Below are positions 1 through 9,245 of a stretch of DNA of 64,000 nt, one piece after another. Where the stretch lies: assembly GCA_001004105.1 (NCBI GenBank), contig LCQK01000003.1, positions 46,805-110,804 of the forward strand, written 5' to 3'. The translations under genes and the position numbers were made by a program. Under the pieces are notes generated by a model. It was not told the DNA's origin, did no database searches, and worked only from the letters and a program-made list of their open reading frames with translations. How positions within the stretch are numbered: the first letter of the stretch is position 1; the number at the start of each line of letters is the position of its first letter. The DNA comes from Candidatus Jorgensenbacteria bacterium GW2011_GWB1_50_10. GTDB taxonomy: Bacteria > Patescibacteriota > Minisyncoccia > UBA6257 > GWB1-50-10.

Positions 1-246
1 AAAGAAGGGCACAAAATTTTCGCGGTCGAACAATCGCGGCAATCGGTACCTTATTACAAATACTCCATTTATAGACGACCGTTCATAAATGGAGTTGTGC
101 TGGTTTTGGGAAACGAGGTGAAAGGGCTGCCGCCGTCAATTTTGAAAAAAGCTGACAAGATTCTGGAAATTCCAATGAAAGGTAAGAAGGAGTCGCTGAA
201 TGTCAGCGTGGCGTTTGGGATCGTGGTTTACGGTTTGCAATATTAA
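1..246 (+). CDS. SpoU/TrmH-family RNA 2'-O-methyltransferase, C-terminal fragment (5' end outside window)
   Basis: Frame 1 reads ...VLVLGNEVKGLPPSILKKADKILEIPMKGKKESLNVSVAFGIVVY*, the typical SpoU methylase C-terminal knot motif; stop at 244-246. Confidence 0.7.
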   Translation, partial: KEGHKIFAVEQSRQSVPYYKYSIYRRPFINGVVLVLGNEVKGLPPSILKKADKILEIPMKGKKESLNVSVAFGIVVYGLQY

Positions 247-252
247 AAAGGT

Positions 253-272
253 GCAGCCCCTATTGGGGCTGC
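253..272. terminator. GC hairpin GCAGCCCC-tatt-GGGGCTGC between convergent genes (putative bidirectional terminator)
   Basis: Perfect 8-bp stem seen in sequence between + gene ending 246 and - gene ending 260. Confidence 0.4.
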
Positions 273-697
273 GAGCTGTAGTAGGTGATGGGCAGAGTAT
301 CTGGATCGGGGATGAGTTCCTCGTGGTAGGTGCCGTCTTGGTCTGTGAAAGCGAACACCGGGACTCCGGCGATGAAAAAATCACCCATCGGCGCGAGGTT
401 GGTTTGGACAGCGCTCAAAATCTTCCGCCAGATGTGCTTCCACTGGAAAAGGTCGCCCTTTCTCACGGTTATTTCGTAACGCTTGAGCTCCACTTCGGCG
501 ACCCCATCAATCTCGAAGAGATCTTTGACGAGGTTCCCTACTTCACCATCAAGCGTTTCCAGCGTGTCCCCGTCTTCGCCAACCGAAACCCACGTGACCT
601 TTGGCCCTTCCAGGAGCGGCGTTGATGATTCAACCACCAGTTCGTCCACTTTAATTGAGAGGACGTTCTGCGGCCGATAAATCATCTTGTAGCGCAT
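260..697 (-). CDS. hypothetical protein (145 aa)
   Basis: ORF preceded by GGAGGG 3 nt from ATG; overlapping + strand ORF 200..625 judged artifact; no recognisable domain. Confidence 0.45.
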   Translation of the reverse strand: MRYKMIYRPQNVLSIKVDELVVESSTPLLEGPKVTWVSVGEDGDTLETLDGEVGNLVKDLFEIDGVAEVELKRYEITVRKGDLFQWKHIWRKILSAVQTNLAPMGDFFIAGVPVFAFTDQDGTYHEELIPDPDTLPITYYSSQPQ

Positions 698-813
698 GAT
701 CCCTCCGCCCGTTGATTGTTTGTTTTACTCTAATTGCTCACTCCAGCATACACCTTTTCGTTTATATCTCAAGTCAGGTTGTTTATAATTATTAGTGGTT
801 AGACATTACTGAA

Positions 814-1308
814 ATGTCCGGGTTTTTCATAAAATTCATAGTGGTTGTCTTCGGCGTTATTTTGGCGTCTACTTTATTCGTTGCGCCCTACGTGAACCAG
901 ATATCGGCTGTGAAAAGAAAATCGGAAATCAAGATTAATGACCAGTTAATTGTCGCGGAAGTTGCGAAAACCGAGGGAGAACGAGCTCGAGGCCTTGGCG
1001 GCCGGGAGGATATCGGCGTGAATGAGGGCATGCTTTTTCTTTTTGATAATGTAGGAGTTTACCCCTTTTGGATGAAAGGGATGAAGTTTGCGATAGACAT
1101 TGTTTGGATTAACGGCGACAAAATCGTGGATATTACGGAGAACGTTGCACCGGAGCCGGGAGAGAGCGATGCGGAACTGGCGGTTTATTATCCTTCAGTG
1201 CCGGTGAATAGGGTTTTAGAATTACGGGCCGGCCGGGTGCGCCTTTTGCGGACGGTGGAAGGCGATTTGGTGAAAATCCGGCCGCTCATTCCGGGAATAA
1301 CAAAATAG
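814..1308 (+). CDS. DUF192 (COG1430) family protein
   Basis: N-terminal TM helix then GLGGRE...GMLFLF...FWMKGMKFAIDIVWI, characteristic DUF192 pattern. Confidence 0.7.
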   Translation: MSGFFIKFIVVVFGVILASTLFVAPYVNQISAVKRKSEIKINDQLIVAEVAKTEGERARGLGGREDIGVNEGMLFLFDNVGVYPFWMKGMKFAIDIVWINGDKIVDITENVAPEPGESDAELAVYYPSVPVNRVLELRAGRVRLLRTVEGDLVKIRPLIPGITK

Positions 1309-1329
1309 ATAGTTTATAATAATTGAGAT

Positions 1330-2358
1330 ATGGCGAAAATCGCGATAAACGGGTTTGGGAGAATTGGGAGATTGTTTTTTAGGGCTGCCTTCGGTCAGAA
1401 AGGATTGGATATTGTCGCGATTAACGATTTGGGCGACTGCGAAAATCTCGCATATCTTTTGAAATACGACACGGTCTATGGCCGCTACCCCAAAGAAGTT
1501 AAAAGTCAGAATCTAGAATCTAGAAGTTATCTTACCGTTGACGGTAAGAAAGTCTTGTTTTTGCAGGAGAAAGAGCCGACGCGCCTGCCGTGGAAAGATT
1601 TGAAAGTTGATATTGTGATTGAGTCAACCGGCGTTTTTGAGTCGTACGAAAAAGCCAAAGTTCATATAGAAGCGGGCGCAAAAAGGGTGGTCTTGACGGC
1701 GCCCTCCAAAGACCCGGACGGCACGGAGGGGAAAACGGTTTTGGTCGGCGTAAACGACGATGAGGCAAAAGGCGTGGTTTTGACGTCAAACGGGAGCTGC
1801 ACCACGAACGCCGCTTCACCGGTAATTCAGATAATGTCCGAAAATCCCGGCATCAAGAAAGCGATTTTGAACACAGTGCACGGCTACACGGCGACGCAGA
1901 ATTTGGTGGACGGGCCGACTAAGGGTAAGGATTACCGGCGGGGGCGGGCGGCGGCCCAAAACATTGTTCCTTCCACAACCGGAGCGGCGACGGCAGTCAC
2001 GCGCACCATCCGCGAACTGGAGGGAAAATTTGACGGCATCGCCATGCGGGTGCCGGTCGTAAACGGCTCCATCGCCGACATAACTTTTCTTGCTTCGCGA
2101 AAGACAAGCATTGAAGAAATAAATGATATTTTCCGGAAAGCGGCTAAAAACGCCCGCTGGAAGGGGATTTTGGCGGTTTCCGAAGACCCGATTGTTTCAT
2201 CAGACATCATCAACGAACCCTACGGCGCAGTCGTGGATTTACAGTTTACAAAAGTAATCGACGGCGACTTGGTGAAGGTTCTTTCCTGGTACGACAACGA
2301 AGCCGGCTACGTGGCTACCTTAATTAAGCACGTTTTGAATGTGGCGAGTTTGATTTAA
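1330..2358 (+). CDS. gap: glyceraldehyde-3-phosphate dehydrogenase, type I
   Basis: MAKIAINGFGRIGR NAD-binding start, catalytic SCTTN motif, full length 342 aa; TATAAT 9 nt upstream of ATG. Confidence 0.95.
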   Translation: MAKIAINGFGRIGRLFFRAAFGQKGLDIVAINDLGDCENLAYLLKYDTVYGRYPKEVKSQNLESRSYLTVDGKKVLFLQEKEPTRLPWKDLKVDIVIESTGVFESYEKAKVHIEAGAKRVVLTAPSKDPDGTEGKTVLVGVNDDEAKGVVLTSNGSCTTNAASPVIQIMSENPGIKKAILNTVHGYTATQNLVDGPTKGKDYRRGRAAAQNIVPSTTGAATAVTRTIRELEGKFDGIAMRVPVVNGSIADITFLASRKTSIEEINDIFRKAAKNARWKGILAVSEDPIVSSDIINEPYGAVVDLQFTKVIDGDLVKVLSWYDNEAGYVATLIKHVLNVASLI

Positions 2359-2359
2359 T

Positions 2360-2839
2360 ATGGTTATTTATATCGGTGCGGATCACAGAGGATTTGAATT
2401 AAAAGAAAATCTAAAAAGTTTTTTGAAAGCCAAAGGATATCAGGTGGTGGATTTGGGGGCGGAGAGTTATGACAAGGACGATGACTACCCGGATTTTGCC
2501 TCTGCGGTTGCGCGGAAAGTGAGTTTGGATTATGAGAATGCCCGCGGGATTTTGATTTGCGCCTCCGGCGTGGGCATGGACGTGGTTGCCAATAAATTCC
2601 GCAATGTCCGTTCGGCGCTAGTGCTCTCGCCCGACCAGGCCTTTGATTCCCGAAACGACGACAACGCGAACGTTTTAGCTCTCGCGGCGGAATATTTGAA
2701 ACCCGAGGAAGCGGAGAAGATCGTTACGGTTTGGATTGAAACGCCTTTTGCCGGTGACGAGGAGAGATTCAGAAGGCGGCTGGATAAGATTTCGCGGCTG
2801 GAACTCAAGGTTACGCATCCCGTAGACGACGAGGAGTAG
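2360..2839 (+). CDS. rpiB: ribose-5-phosphate isomerase B (RpiB/LacAB family)
   Basis: MVIYIGADHRGFELKE...ICASGVGM motifs. Confidence 0.9.
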   Translation: MVIYIGADHRGFELKENLKSFLKAKGYQVVDLGAESYDKDDDYPDFASAVARKVSLDYENARGILICASGVGMDVVANKFRNVRSALVLSPDQAFDSRNDDNANVLALAAEYLKPEEAEKIVTVWIETPFAGDEERFRRRLDKISRLELKVTHPVDDEE

Positions 2840-2852
2840 TGATAAGATTAAT

Positions 2853-3494
2853 TTGATGCAAATTATTCCGTCTATCAATGAAACCGATTTTGAAGAGATA
2901 AGACGCAAAATCGGGTTAGCGGCTTCTTTTGCGGAGTGGGTACATTTTGACGTCTCGGACGGAGAATTCACGGATTTTAAAAACTGGAATGAGCCGGAGA
3001 AGCTTCTGGAGTTAAGTGATGAGCTTTCAGGCATAAGATGCGAAGTTCATTTAATGGTCGCAGAACCGCAGGCGGAGGTTGAACGGTGGCTATCTGCTGG
3101 AGCGGCGAGAATAATTGTCCATGCCGAGATGGTGGAGGACGGCTGGCCGATGGTGATAGACAAAATGGATAATTTCGGCGCGGAGCTGGGGATTGCAGTA
3201 AACCCCGAGACGCCGCTCGAGATCTTGAAACCTTATTTGAAAGCTGTACCTTTCATTCAGCTTCTGGCAGTAAAACCCGGGCCCTCCGGTCAGAAGTTTA
3301 ATGAAACAATTTTGAGTAAAATCAGAATCGTTAAAAGAGAAAATCCCGAGACGCGAGTTGAAATTGACGGTGGGATTAATCTTGAAACGGCAAAATTGGC
3401 CAAAAAGGCCGGTGCGGATATTTTAGTTTCCGGCTCCTATATTTGGCAGAGTCCTGAACCTGAAAAAGCTTATGAAGCGCTCAAAGAAATCTAA
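2853..3494 (+). CDS. rpe: ribulose-phosphate 3-epimerase
   Basis: HFDVSDGEF and VHLMV motifs, 213 aa. Confidence 0.9.
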   Translation: MMQIIPSINETDFEEIRRKIGLAASFAEWVHFDVSDGEFTDFKNWNEPEKLLELSDELSGIRCEVHLMVAEPQAEVERWLSAGAARIIVHAEMVEDGWPMVIDKMDNFGAELGIAVNPETPLEILKPYLKAVPFIQLLAVKPGPSGQKFNETILSKIRIVKRENPETRVEIDGGINLETAKLAKKAGADILVSGSYIWQSPEPEKAYEALKEI

Positions 3495-5085
3495 AAAGCA
3501 GCCGAACCTCATATTCATTACCGGCGGGACGGTTTCCGGCATCGGCAAGGGGATTAGCGTTGCCTCTCTCGCCGCCCTTTTAAAAATGCGGGGCTTGGAG
3601 GTTGTGCCGATTAAGATTGACCCGTATTTGAACCGCGATGCGGGGACGATGAATCCTTACCAGCATGGAGAAGTATTTGTGACCGAGGACGGCGCGGAAA
3701 CGGATTTGGATTTAGGTCACTATGAGCGATTTATTAACATTAATCTGGATGGCCGGTCAAACTTCACGACTGGCAGCGTTTACGAACATGTTATCGGCCT
3801 AGAGCGCCACGGCGATTATTTGGGGAAGACCATTCAGATTATTCCTCACGTGACCGACGAGATTAAAAGGCGGATTGTGAGCGTTTTCCATTCAAACGGC
3901 GCCGATGTGGCGGTGGTGGAAATTGGCGGGACGGTGGGCGACATTGAAGCCGAGCCGTTTTTGGAGGCCGCCCGGCAGATGTTTAGAGAACATGGTCCGA
4001 ACCGCGTTATTTTCATTCACGTGGTCAAAGTTGATTACGTTTTTCCTTCCGACGAGGAAAAAACAAAACCGATTCAGCAGTCAGTGGCGCTTCTGCGCCA
4101 GCGCGGCATTCAGCCGGATTTCTTAATTGTCCGTTCTAAGCGGCCGATTGACTTGGAGAATATTGAGAAAATTTCGCTTTTTACCAACGTTCCGCCGAAA
4201 CACGTTATCCCGGCTGTCGACGTGAGCACTATTTACGAAGTGCCGGTAAATTTCAGGCGGAGCGGCTTTGACGAATTAATCTTGAAGAAATTTGGCCGGC
4301 GATTCGGGAAATCAAACTTCGCCGTCTGGCGCCGGGCGGTAAGCAAGATGACGAGAGCGAAGAAAGTCGTACCCATCGCACTGGTGGGCAAGTACATTGA
4401 GCATGACGACGCCTATCTTTCGGTTGAGGAAGCGGTGGCCCACGCCGCCGCCGCCTCCGGAGTGAAAGTAGATTTGCTTCGGATTGATTCCGAAAGTCCG
4501 GTTTTGCTCAAAAAATTAAGAGAGATGAAAGGTATTATCGTGCCCGGCGGGTTTGGTAAAAGAGGAATTGACGGGAAAATCAGAGCGATTAGATTTGCCC
4601 GCGAGAATAATATTCCCTTTTTGGGATTGTGTCTCGGCTTACAGGTCGCGGTCATTGAGTTTGCCCGAAATGTTTGCCATCTTGGCGGCGCAAACAGCAC
4701 GGAGTTCAACCGCCGGACGCCGCATCCAGTCATTGACATAATGCCTGAGCAGAAAAAAGTGAAAGACAAGGGTGGGACGATGCGCTTGGGCACCTATAAA
4801 GCAACGCTCGCGAAGAATTCCCTGGCGCGCCGCCTTTACGGTACCCCACTTATTTTTGAGAGACACCGCCATCGTTATGAGGTGAATCCCAAATATCACA
4901 GTATCTTAAGAAGGCGAGGTCTGGTTTTATCCGGCTTGAATCTGCCGGACAGGCGGCTCGTCGAATTCATTGAGCTTCCAGAAGCAAAATTTTTCATCGC
5001 CACCCAAGCCCACCCGGAATTCAAATCCAGATTTTTGAAGCCGCACCCGCTTTTCCTGGGTCTCGTCAGGGCGTCCTTAATGTGA
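3472..5085 (+). CDS. pyrG: CTP synthase
   Basis: IFITGGTVSGIGKGI..., C-terminal glutamine amidotransferase GLCLGLQ; 537 aa. Confidence 0.95.
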   Translation: MKRSKKSKKQPNLIFITGGTVSGIGKGISVASLAALLKMRGLEVVPIKIDPYLNRDAGTMNPYQHGEVFVTEDGAETDLDLGHYERFININLDGRSNFTTGSVYEHVIGLERHGDYLGKTIQIIPHVTDEIKRRIVSVFHSNGADVAVVEIGGTVGDIEAEPFLEAARQMFREHGPNRVIFIHVVKVDYVFPSDEEKTKPIQQSVALLRQRGIQPDFLIVRSKRPIDLENIEKISLFTNVPPKHVIPAVDVSTIYEVPVNFRRSGFDELILKKFGRRFGKSNFAVWRRAVSKMTRAKKVVPIALVGKYIEHDDAYLSVEEAVAHAAAASGVKVDLLRIDSESPVLLKKLREMKGIIVPGGFGKRGIDGKIRAIRFARENNIPFLGLCLGLQVAVIEFARNVCHLGGANSTEFNRRTPHPVIDIMPEQKKVKDKGGTMRLGTYKATLAKNSLARRLYGTPLIFERHRHRYEVNPKYHSILRRRGLVLSGLNLPDRRLVEFIELPEAKFFIATQAHPEFKSRFLKPHPLFLGLVRASLM

Positions 5086-5105
5086 ATAGTTTATAATGAG
5101 AGATA

Positions 5106-5972
5106 ATGGAGCCTTTACACGAGGGCAAATTAAAGCATTTAGAGGAGAAAGCAAACACAATAAGGGAGAAGGTTATTGAAACGCTCTTGGAGGCCGGTTC
5201 GGGGCACTCGGCCGGGCCCCTGGGGATGGCGGATATCTTCACCGCTCTTTATTTTCATGTTTTGCGGCATGACCCGAAGAAGCCGGATTGGGCCGACAGG
5301 GACAGATTAATACTCTCAAACGGCCACATTTGCCCGGTGCGCTACGTCGCGATGGCCTACGCCGGCTATTTTCCGGTGGAAGAATTGAAGACCCTCCGCA
5401 AATTGAACACGCGGCTGCAGGGCCACCCGCACCGGAGCGCTCTCCCCGGAGTGGAGACAACCTCGGGGCCCTTGGGTTCGGGGATTTCGCAGGCAATTGG
5501 CGTCGCTTTGGCCGCCCGGCTGGACAATAAAAAACACCGGGTCTATTGCATCACCTCCGACGGCGAGCATCAGGAGGGGAACACTTGGGAGGCGATAATG
5601 TTTGCCGGAAAAATGAAGCATCGCTTGAGTAACCTCACCGTTATTTTGGACCGGAATAACATCCAGATTGACGGTTACACTGAGAATGTGATGCCGCTGG
5701 AGCCCCTACGCGATAAATACGAAAAGTTCAGCTGGCACGTGATAGAAATTGACGGCCACAGCATGGTGCAGTTTACGGATGCGGTCGCCGAAGCGAGCGC
5801 GATTTATGAAAAGCCGACGGTGATTATCGCCCACACTATTCCGGGGAAAGGCGTGAGTTTTATGGAGCGCGACTTTACCTGGCACGGCAAGCCGCCGAAC
5901 AAGGAAGAGGCGGAAAAAGCTTTGACCGAGCTCCGCACGTTGGGTCAGAGAATTAAATCAGAACACGAATAA
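5106..5972 (+). CDS. transketolase, N-terminal (TPP-binding) subunit of split transketolase
   Basis: GHSAGPLGMADI...TSGPLGSGISQAIG... motifs; followed by separate C-terminal subunit gene. Confidence 0.9.
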   Translation: MEPLHEGKLKHLEEKANTIREKVIETLLEAGSGHSAGPLGMADIFTALYFHVLRHDPKKPDWADRDRLILSNGHICPVRYVAMAYAGYFPVEELKTLRKLNTRLQGHPHRSALPGVETTSGPLGSGISQAIGVALAARLDNKKHRVYCITSDGEHQEGNTWEAIMFAGKMKHRLSNLTVILDRNNIQIDGYTENVMPLEPLRDKYEKFSWHVIEIDGHSMVQFTDAVAEASAIYEKPTVIIAHTIPGKGVSFMERDFTWHGKPPNKEEAEKALTELRTLGQRIKSEHE

Positions 5973-6964
5973 TGGTAAATCCCGAAGCAAAACTTAATCC
6001 GAAGATTTTCGACAAAGACGTGGAAATGAAACCGACGCGGGACGGGTATGGCGATGGTCTGGTTTTGGCTGCTGACCATAATCCTAACGTGGTCGCGCTC
6101 TGCGCCGATTTGACGGAATCAACGCGAGCGGAGGCCTTTGCGAAGAAATATCCAGATAGGTTTTTTGAATGCGGGGTGGCCGAGCAGAATATGGCAACCA
6201 TTGCCGCGGGCCTTGGCATCTCCGGGAAAATTCCCTTCATTTCTTCTTACGCGACTTTTTCGCCGGGCCGGAACTGGGAGCAGATTCGGACGACGATTGC
6301 CTACAACGACTCCAACGTGAAAATCGCCGGGCATCACGCCGGCGTCTCGGTGGGACCGGACGGCGCGACTCACCAGGCAACGGAAGACATCGCCATCATG
6401 CGCGCGATGCCCAACATGAAAGTTTTCGTGCCATGCGACGCGATTGAGGCAAAAAAACTGGTGGTCGCCTCCGCGAAAATATGGGGGCCGGTGTATATGC
6501 GTTTCGGCCGGGAGAAAAGCGCGGTTATCACGACCGCAAGAACCCCCTTTACGCCTGGCAAGGCGGAAATATTTTGGGAATCAAAAGGAAAAATCCAATG
6601 CGCGATTATCGCCTGCGGGATACTGGTCAAGAACGCACTTCTTGCGGCGAAAGAACTGGAGGAGGAAGGCATAAAAACTATTGTTATCAACAACCACAGC
6701 ATCAAGCCGATTGACGAGCAGAAAATCATTGAAGCGGCGGAAAAAGCCGGGGCAGTCGTCATAGTGGAAGAACATCAGGTCTCAGGCGGTTTGGGCGGGG
6801 CGGTAGCCGAAGTTTTGGCAAAACATGCCCCCACGCCCATTGAATTCGTGGGCATGCAGGACACTTTCGGTGAATCGGGCCCGCCCCATGAACTCATTGA
6901 GAAATACGGGATGGGAGTGAGAGACATAAAAGCGGCAGTTAGGCGTGTCATCAAGAGAAGATGA
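5972..6964 (+). CDS. transketolase, C-terminal (pyrimidine-binding) subunit
   Basis: Homology pattern of transketolase Pyr and C-terminal domains; overlaps upstream subunit stop (ATGA-like junction). Confidence 0.9.
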   Translation: MVNPEAKLNPKIFDKDVEMKPTRDGYGDGLVLAADHNPNVVALCADLTESTRAEAFAKKYPDRFFECGVAEQNMATIAAGLGISGKIPFISSYATFSPGRNWEQIRTTIAYNDSNVKIAGHHAGVSVGPDGATHQATEDIAIMRAMPNMKVFVPCDAIEAKKLVVASAKIWGPVYMRFGREKSAVITTARTPFTPGKAEIFWESKGKIQCAIIACGILVKNALLAAKELEEEGIKTIVINNHSIKPIDEQKIIEAAEKAGAVVIVEEHQVSGGLGGAVAEVLAKHAPTPIEFVGMQDTFGESGPPHELIEKYGMGVRDIKAAVRRVIKRR

Positions 6965-8205
6965 TGAAAAGAACCAATGGCTTCACTCTCATTGAACTTT
7001 TAATCGTCATCGCCATTCTTGCCGTCTTCGCAACGGTGACTGTTTTGGTCATCAACCCCGCCGAGCTCATCAGGGCCCGTCGCGACTCCACCCGGCTCTC
7101 CGACCTTAACACCATCAATAAGACCCTGGGCCTTCTCCAAACCGACCAACCTGGCGCCTCTTTCGGCTCTAGCAACAAGGTTTACGTTTCCATCCCCGAC
7201 ACCTCCGCGACCTGCGTGAACCTCGGCCTGCCCGCCCTCCCTTCCGGCTGGACTTACGGCTGTGTCACAACTGCCAACCTCTACAATGTTAACGGCACGG
7301 GCTGGATTCCTGTGAATCTCATGAGCTTTTCCGCCGGTTCGCCCCTCTCCCGCCTGCCCGTTGACCCCATCAACGCCACCTCAACCGGCAACTACTACAC
7401 CTACGTTACCGGGGGGAGTTGGGAGTTCACCGCTTTCCCGGAATCCTCCAAGTACAAAATGGGCGGCGGGAGCGACAAGACATCAGGTGACGGCGGTCCC
7501 TATCCCGAACTTTTTGAAATCGGTTCCAATTTAGCCCTTCACCCGGTGTCCAGAGACACTTCGCTTAAGGGCTATTGGAATTTTGAAGAGGGAAGCGGAG
7601 CGACGACTTATGACTCTTCGGGCGCCGGTAATGTCGGCACCTGGAACGGTTCAGGCAGTCACTGGGCTTCCGGGCGGGTAGGAACGTATGGGGGGCAATT
7701 CAACGGCACGAATGATTATTTGGATGTTGGAAATACAAGCTCCTTAAATATCACGGGCAATATCACTTTTATGGCTTGGGTTTATCTTACTTCTCTGCCC
7801 GGCACTGGCCAATATCGGGTTATCAATCGGGGCGTTGATGGGGGGTTCGGTATGTATGTAGGCGCTGGCGATCATCCTGATGACATAGAATGCGGTATCC
7901 GAACCTCAAATGGAGGCCGAGCGATATCTTCGGACGGTTACGCTTCAAATATTTTAAATATGTGGACACACTTAGCCTGCGTTTATGACGGGTCGGCCCT
8001 TCGTTTGTATGTGAACGGTTCTCAAATTGGTTCGGCGAGCGCCTCCGGAGAAAACAATGTCGGCGGTTATAATACCAGTGTCCGGATCGGATCGGATTGG
8101 CTACCCGGCAAATTTTTTCCGGGCAGAATTGACACGGTCCGCATTTACGACCGGGGTCTTTCAGCCGATGAAGTACGGGCAATCTATGAATCCGCTAACA
8201 ACTGA
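6961..8205 (+). CDS. type IV pilin-like protein with C-terminal LamG/concanavalin-A-like domain
   Basis: Class III signal and pilin helix MMKRTNGFTLIELLIVIAILAV...INPAELIRARRDSTR; pilin core shared with 20441 and 21047 paralogs (GSPLSRLP.DP, FEIGSNLAL); C-terminal LamG pattern DYLDVGN...ITFMAWVY...VRIYDRGLSADEV. Confidence 0.8.
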   Translation: MMKRTNGFTLIELLIVIAILAVFATVTVLVINPAELIRARRDSTRLSDLNTINKTLGLLQTDQPGASFGSSNKVYVSIPDTSATCVNLGLPALPSGWTYGCVTTANLYNVNGTGWIPVNLMSFSAGSPLSRLPVDPINATSTGNYYTYVTGGSWEFTAFPESSKYKMGGGSDKTSGDGGPYPELFEIGSNLALHPVSRDTSLKGYWNFEEGSGATTYDSSGAGNVGTWNGSGSHWASGRVGTYGGQFNGTNDYLDVGNTSSLNITGNITFMAWVYLTSLPGTGQYRVINRGVDGGFGMYVGAGDHPDDIECGIRTSNGGRAISSDGYASNILNMWTHLACVYDGSALRLYVNGSQIGSASASGENNVGGYNTSVRIGSDWLPGKFFPGRIDTVRIYDRGLSADEVRAIYESANN

Positions 8206-8237
8206 CGCGAATCCCATTTTGTGGTAAAATTAGTTAA

Positions 8238-9245
8238 TTGATGTTTGATGTAATCACCATCGGCACGGCAACACGGGATGTGTTTCTCACAAGCCCGTTT
8301 TTTAAGGTTTTGAAGGACCCGAAGCACTTGAAGCATATCGGTATGCCGATGGGTGAGGCGCAGTGCTTCGCTTTAGGCGCAAAAATTGAGGTGGAGCAAC
8401 CAATTTTAACGGTTGGCGGCGGCGCGGCGAACGCGGCCGTAACTTTCGCAAGACAAGGACTTAAAACCGGAGCGGTTATAGGCGTAGGCACGGACCCTAA
8501 CGGTGAGGCAGCGGTCAGAGAGCTTAAGAACGAAAAAATCAGGGTTTTCCCCGTTTACGACCCCAAGGACATGACCGGTTATTCGGTCATTCTTATCTCG
8601 TCAGGAGGGGAGCGCACCATTCTTCACTCTCGCGGCGCCTCGCGAGGAATAAAAGGCGGAGAATCAGTTTTCAAGAGAGTTAGAACCAAGTGGGTCTACG
8701 TGAGTCCGGGCGGGATACCCATTGCGGCGATGCAAAAGATTGTAATGCATTTCAAGGAAAGAGGGGCGAAAATCGCCATGAATCCCTCAAAGGATTATCT
8801 CGAAGCCGGAGCGGCAAAATTGAAGACGATTTTAAGGATTCTTGATGTTGTGATTGTAAACCGCGAGGAAGCGTCGTATCTGACAGGCGCCGACTATTCT
8901 GACCCGCGGCGGATTTTCAAAAAGTTTTCGGAGATGGTTGACGGCACTGCGGTAATGACCGACGGACCCAAAGGTTCTTACGTTGCCGACGAGGAGTATT
9001 TTTATCGGTCGGGAATATTCAAAGAAAAGAAACTGATTGACCGGACTGGGGCGGGTGACGCCTTTGGCTCGGGATTCGTCGCCGGTCTCATCCAGAAAAA
9101 AGATGTCTGGCGGGCTCTGCGCCTGGCGAACGCCAACGCCACTTCGGTCGTGGAAGCGGTGGGGGCGGAAGAGGGAATTTTGCGCAAAAAAGATTTAAGC
9201 GCCAAGCGCTGGCAATATCTGGACATGGATTTTGAAACACTATAA
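8238..9245 (+). CDS. PfkB-family carbohydrate kinase (ribokinase-like)
   Basis: GG motif near N-terminus and C-terminal GAGDAFGSGFVAGL signature. Confidence 0.85.
   Translation: MMFDVITIGTATRDVFLTSPFFKVLKDPKHLKHIGMPMGEAQCFALGAKIEVEQPILTVGGGAANAAVTFARQGLKTGAVIGVGTDPNGEAAVRELKNEKIRVFPVYDPKDMTGYSVILISSGGERTILHSRGASRGIKGGESVFKRVRTKWVYVSPGGIPIAAMQKIVMHFKERGAKIAMNPSKDYLEAGAAKLKTILRILDVVIVNREEASYLTGADYSDPRRIFKKFSEMVDGTAVMTDGPKGSYVADEEYFYRSGIFKEKKLIDRTGAGDAFGSGFVAGLIQKKDVWRALRLANANATSVVEAVGAEEGILRKKDLSAKRWQYLDMDFETL

Noticed and set aside
200-625. 141-aa ORF on the + strand overlapping the 260-697 minus-strand ORF
   Set aside because: The minus-strand ORF has a GGAGGG immediately before its ATG and continues cleanly to a stop next to the hairpin at 253-272. 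The + ORF has no start context and lies antisense to it, so it is treated as a shadow ORF. Neither has a recognisable domain, so this choice is itself low confidence.
1506-1526. Tandem AATCTAG AATCTAG inside gap
   Set aside because: It is a 14-nt in-frame repeat encoding NLESR within an otherwise normal GAPDH. It is too short and isolated to mean anything beyond chance or minor slippage.
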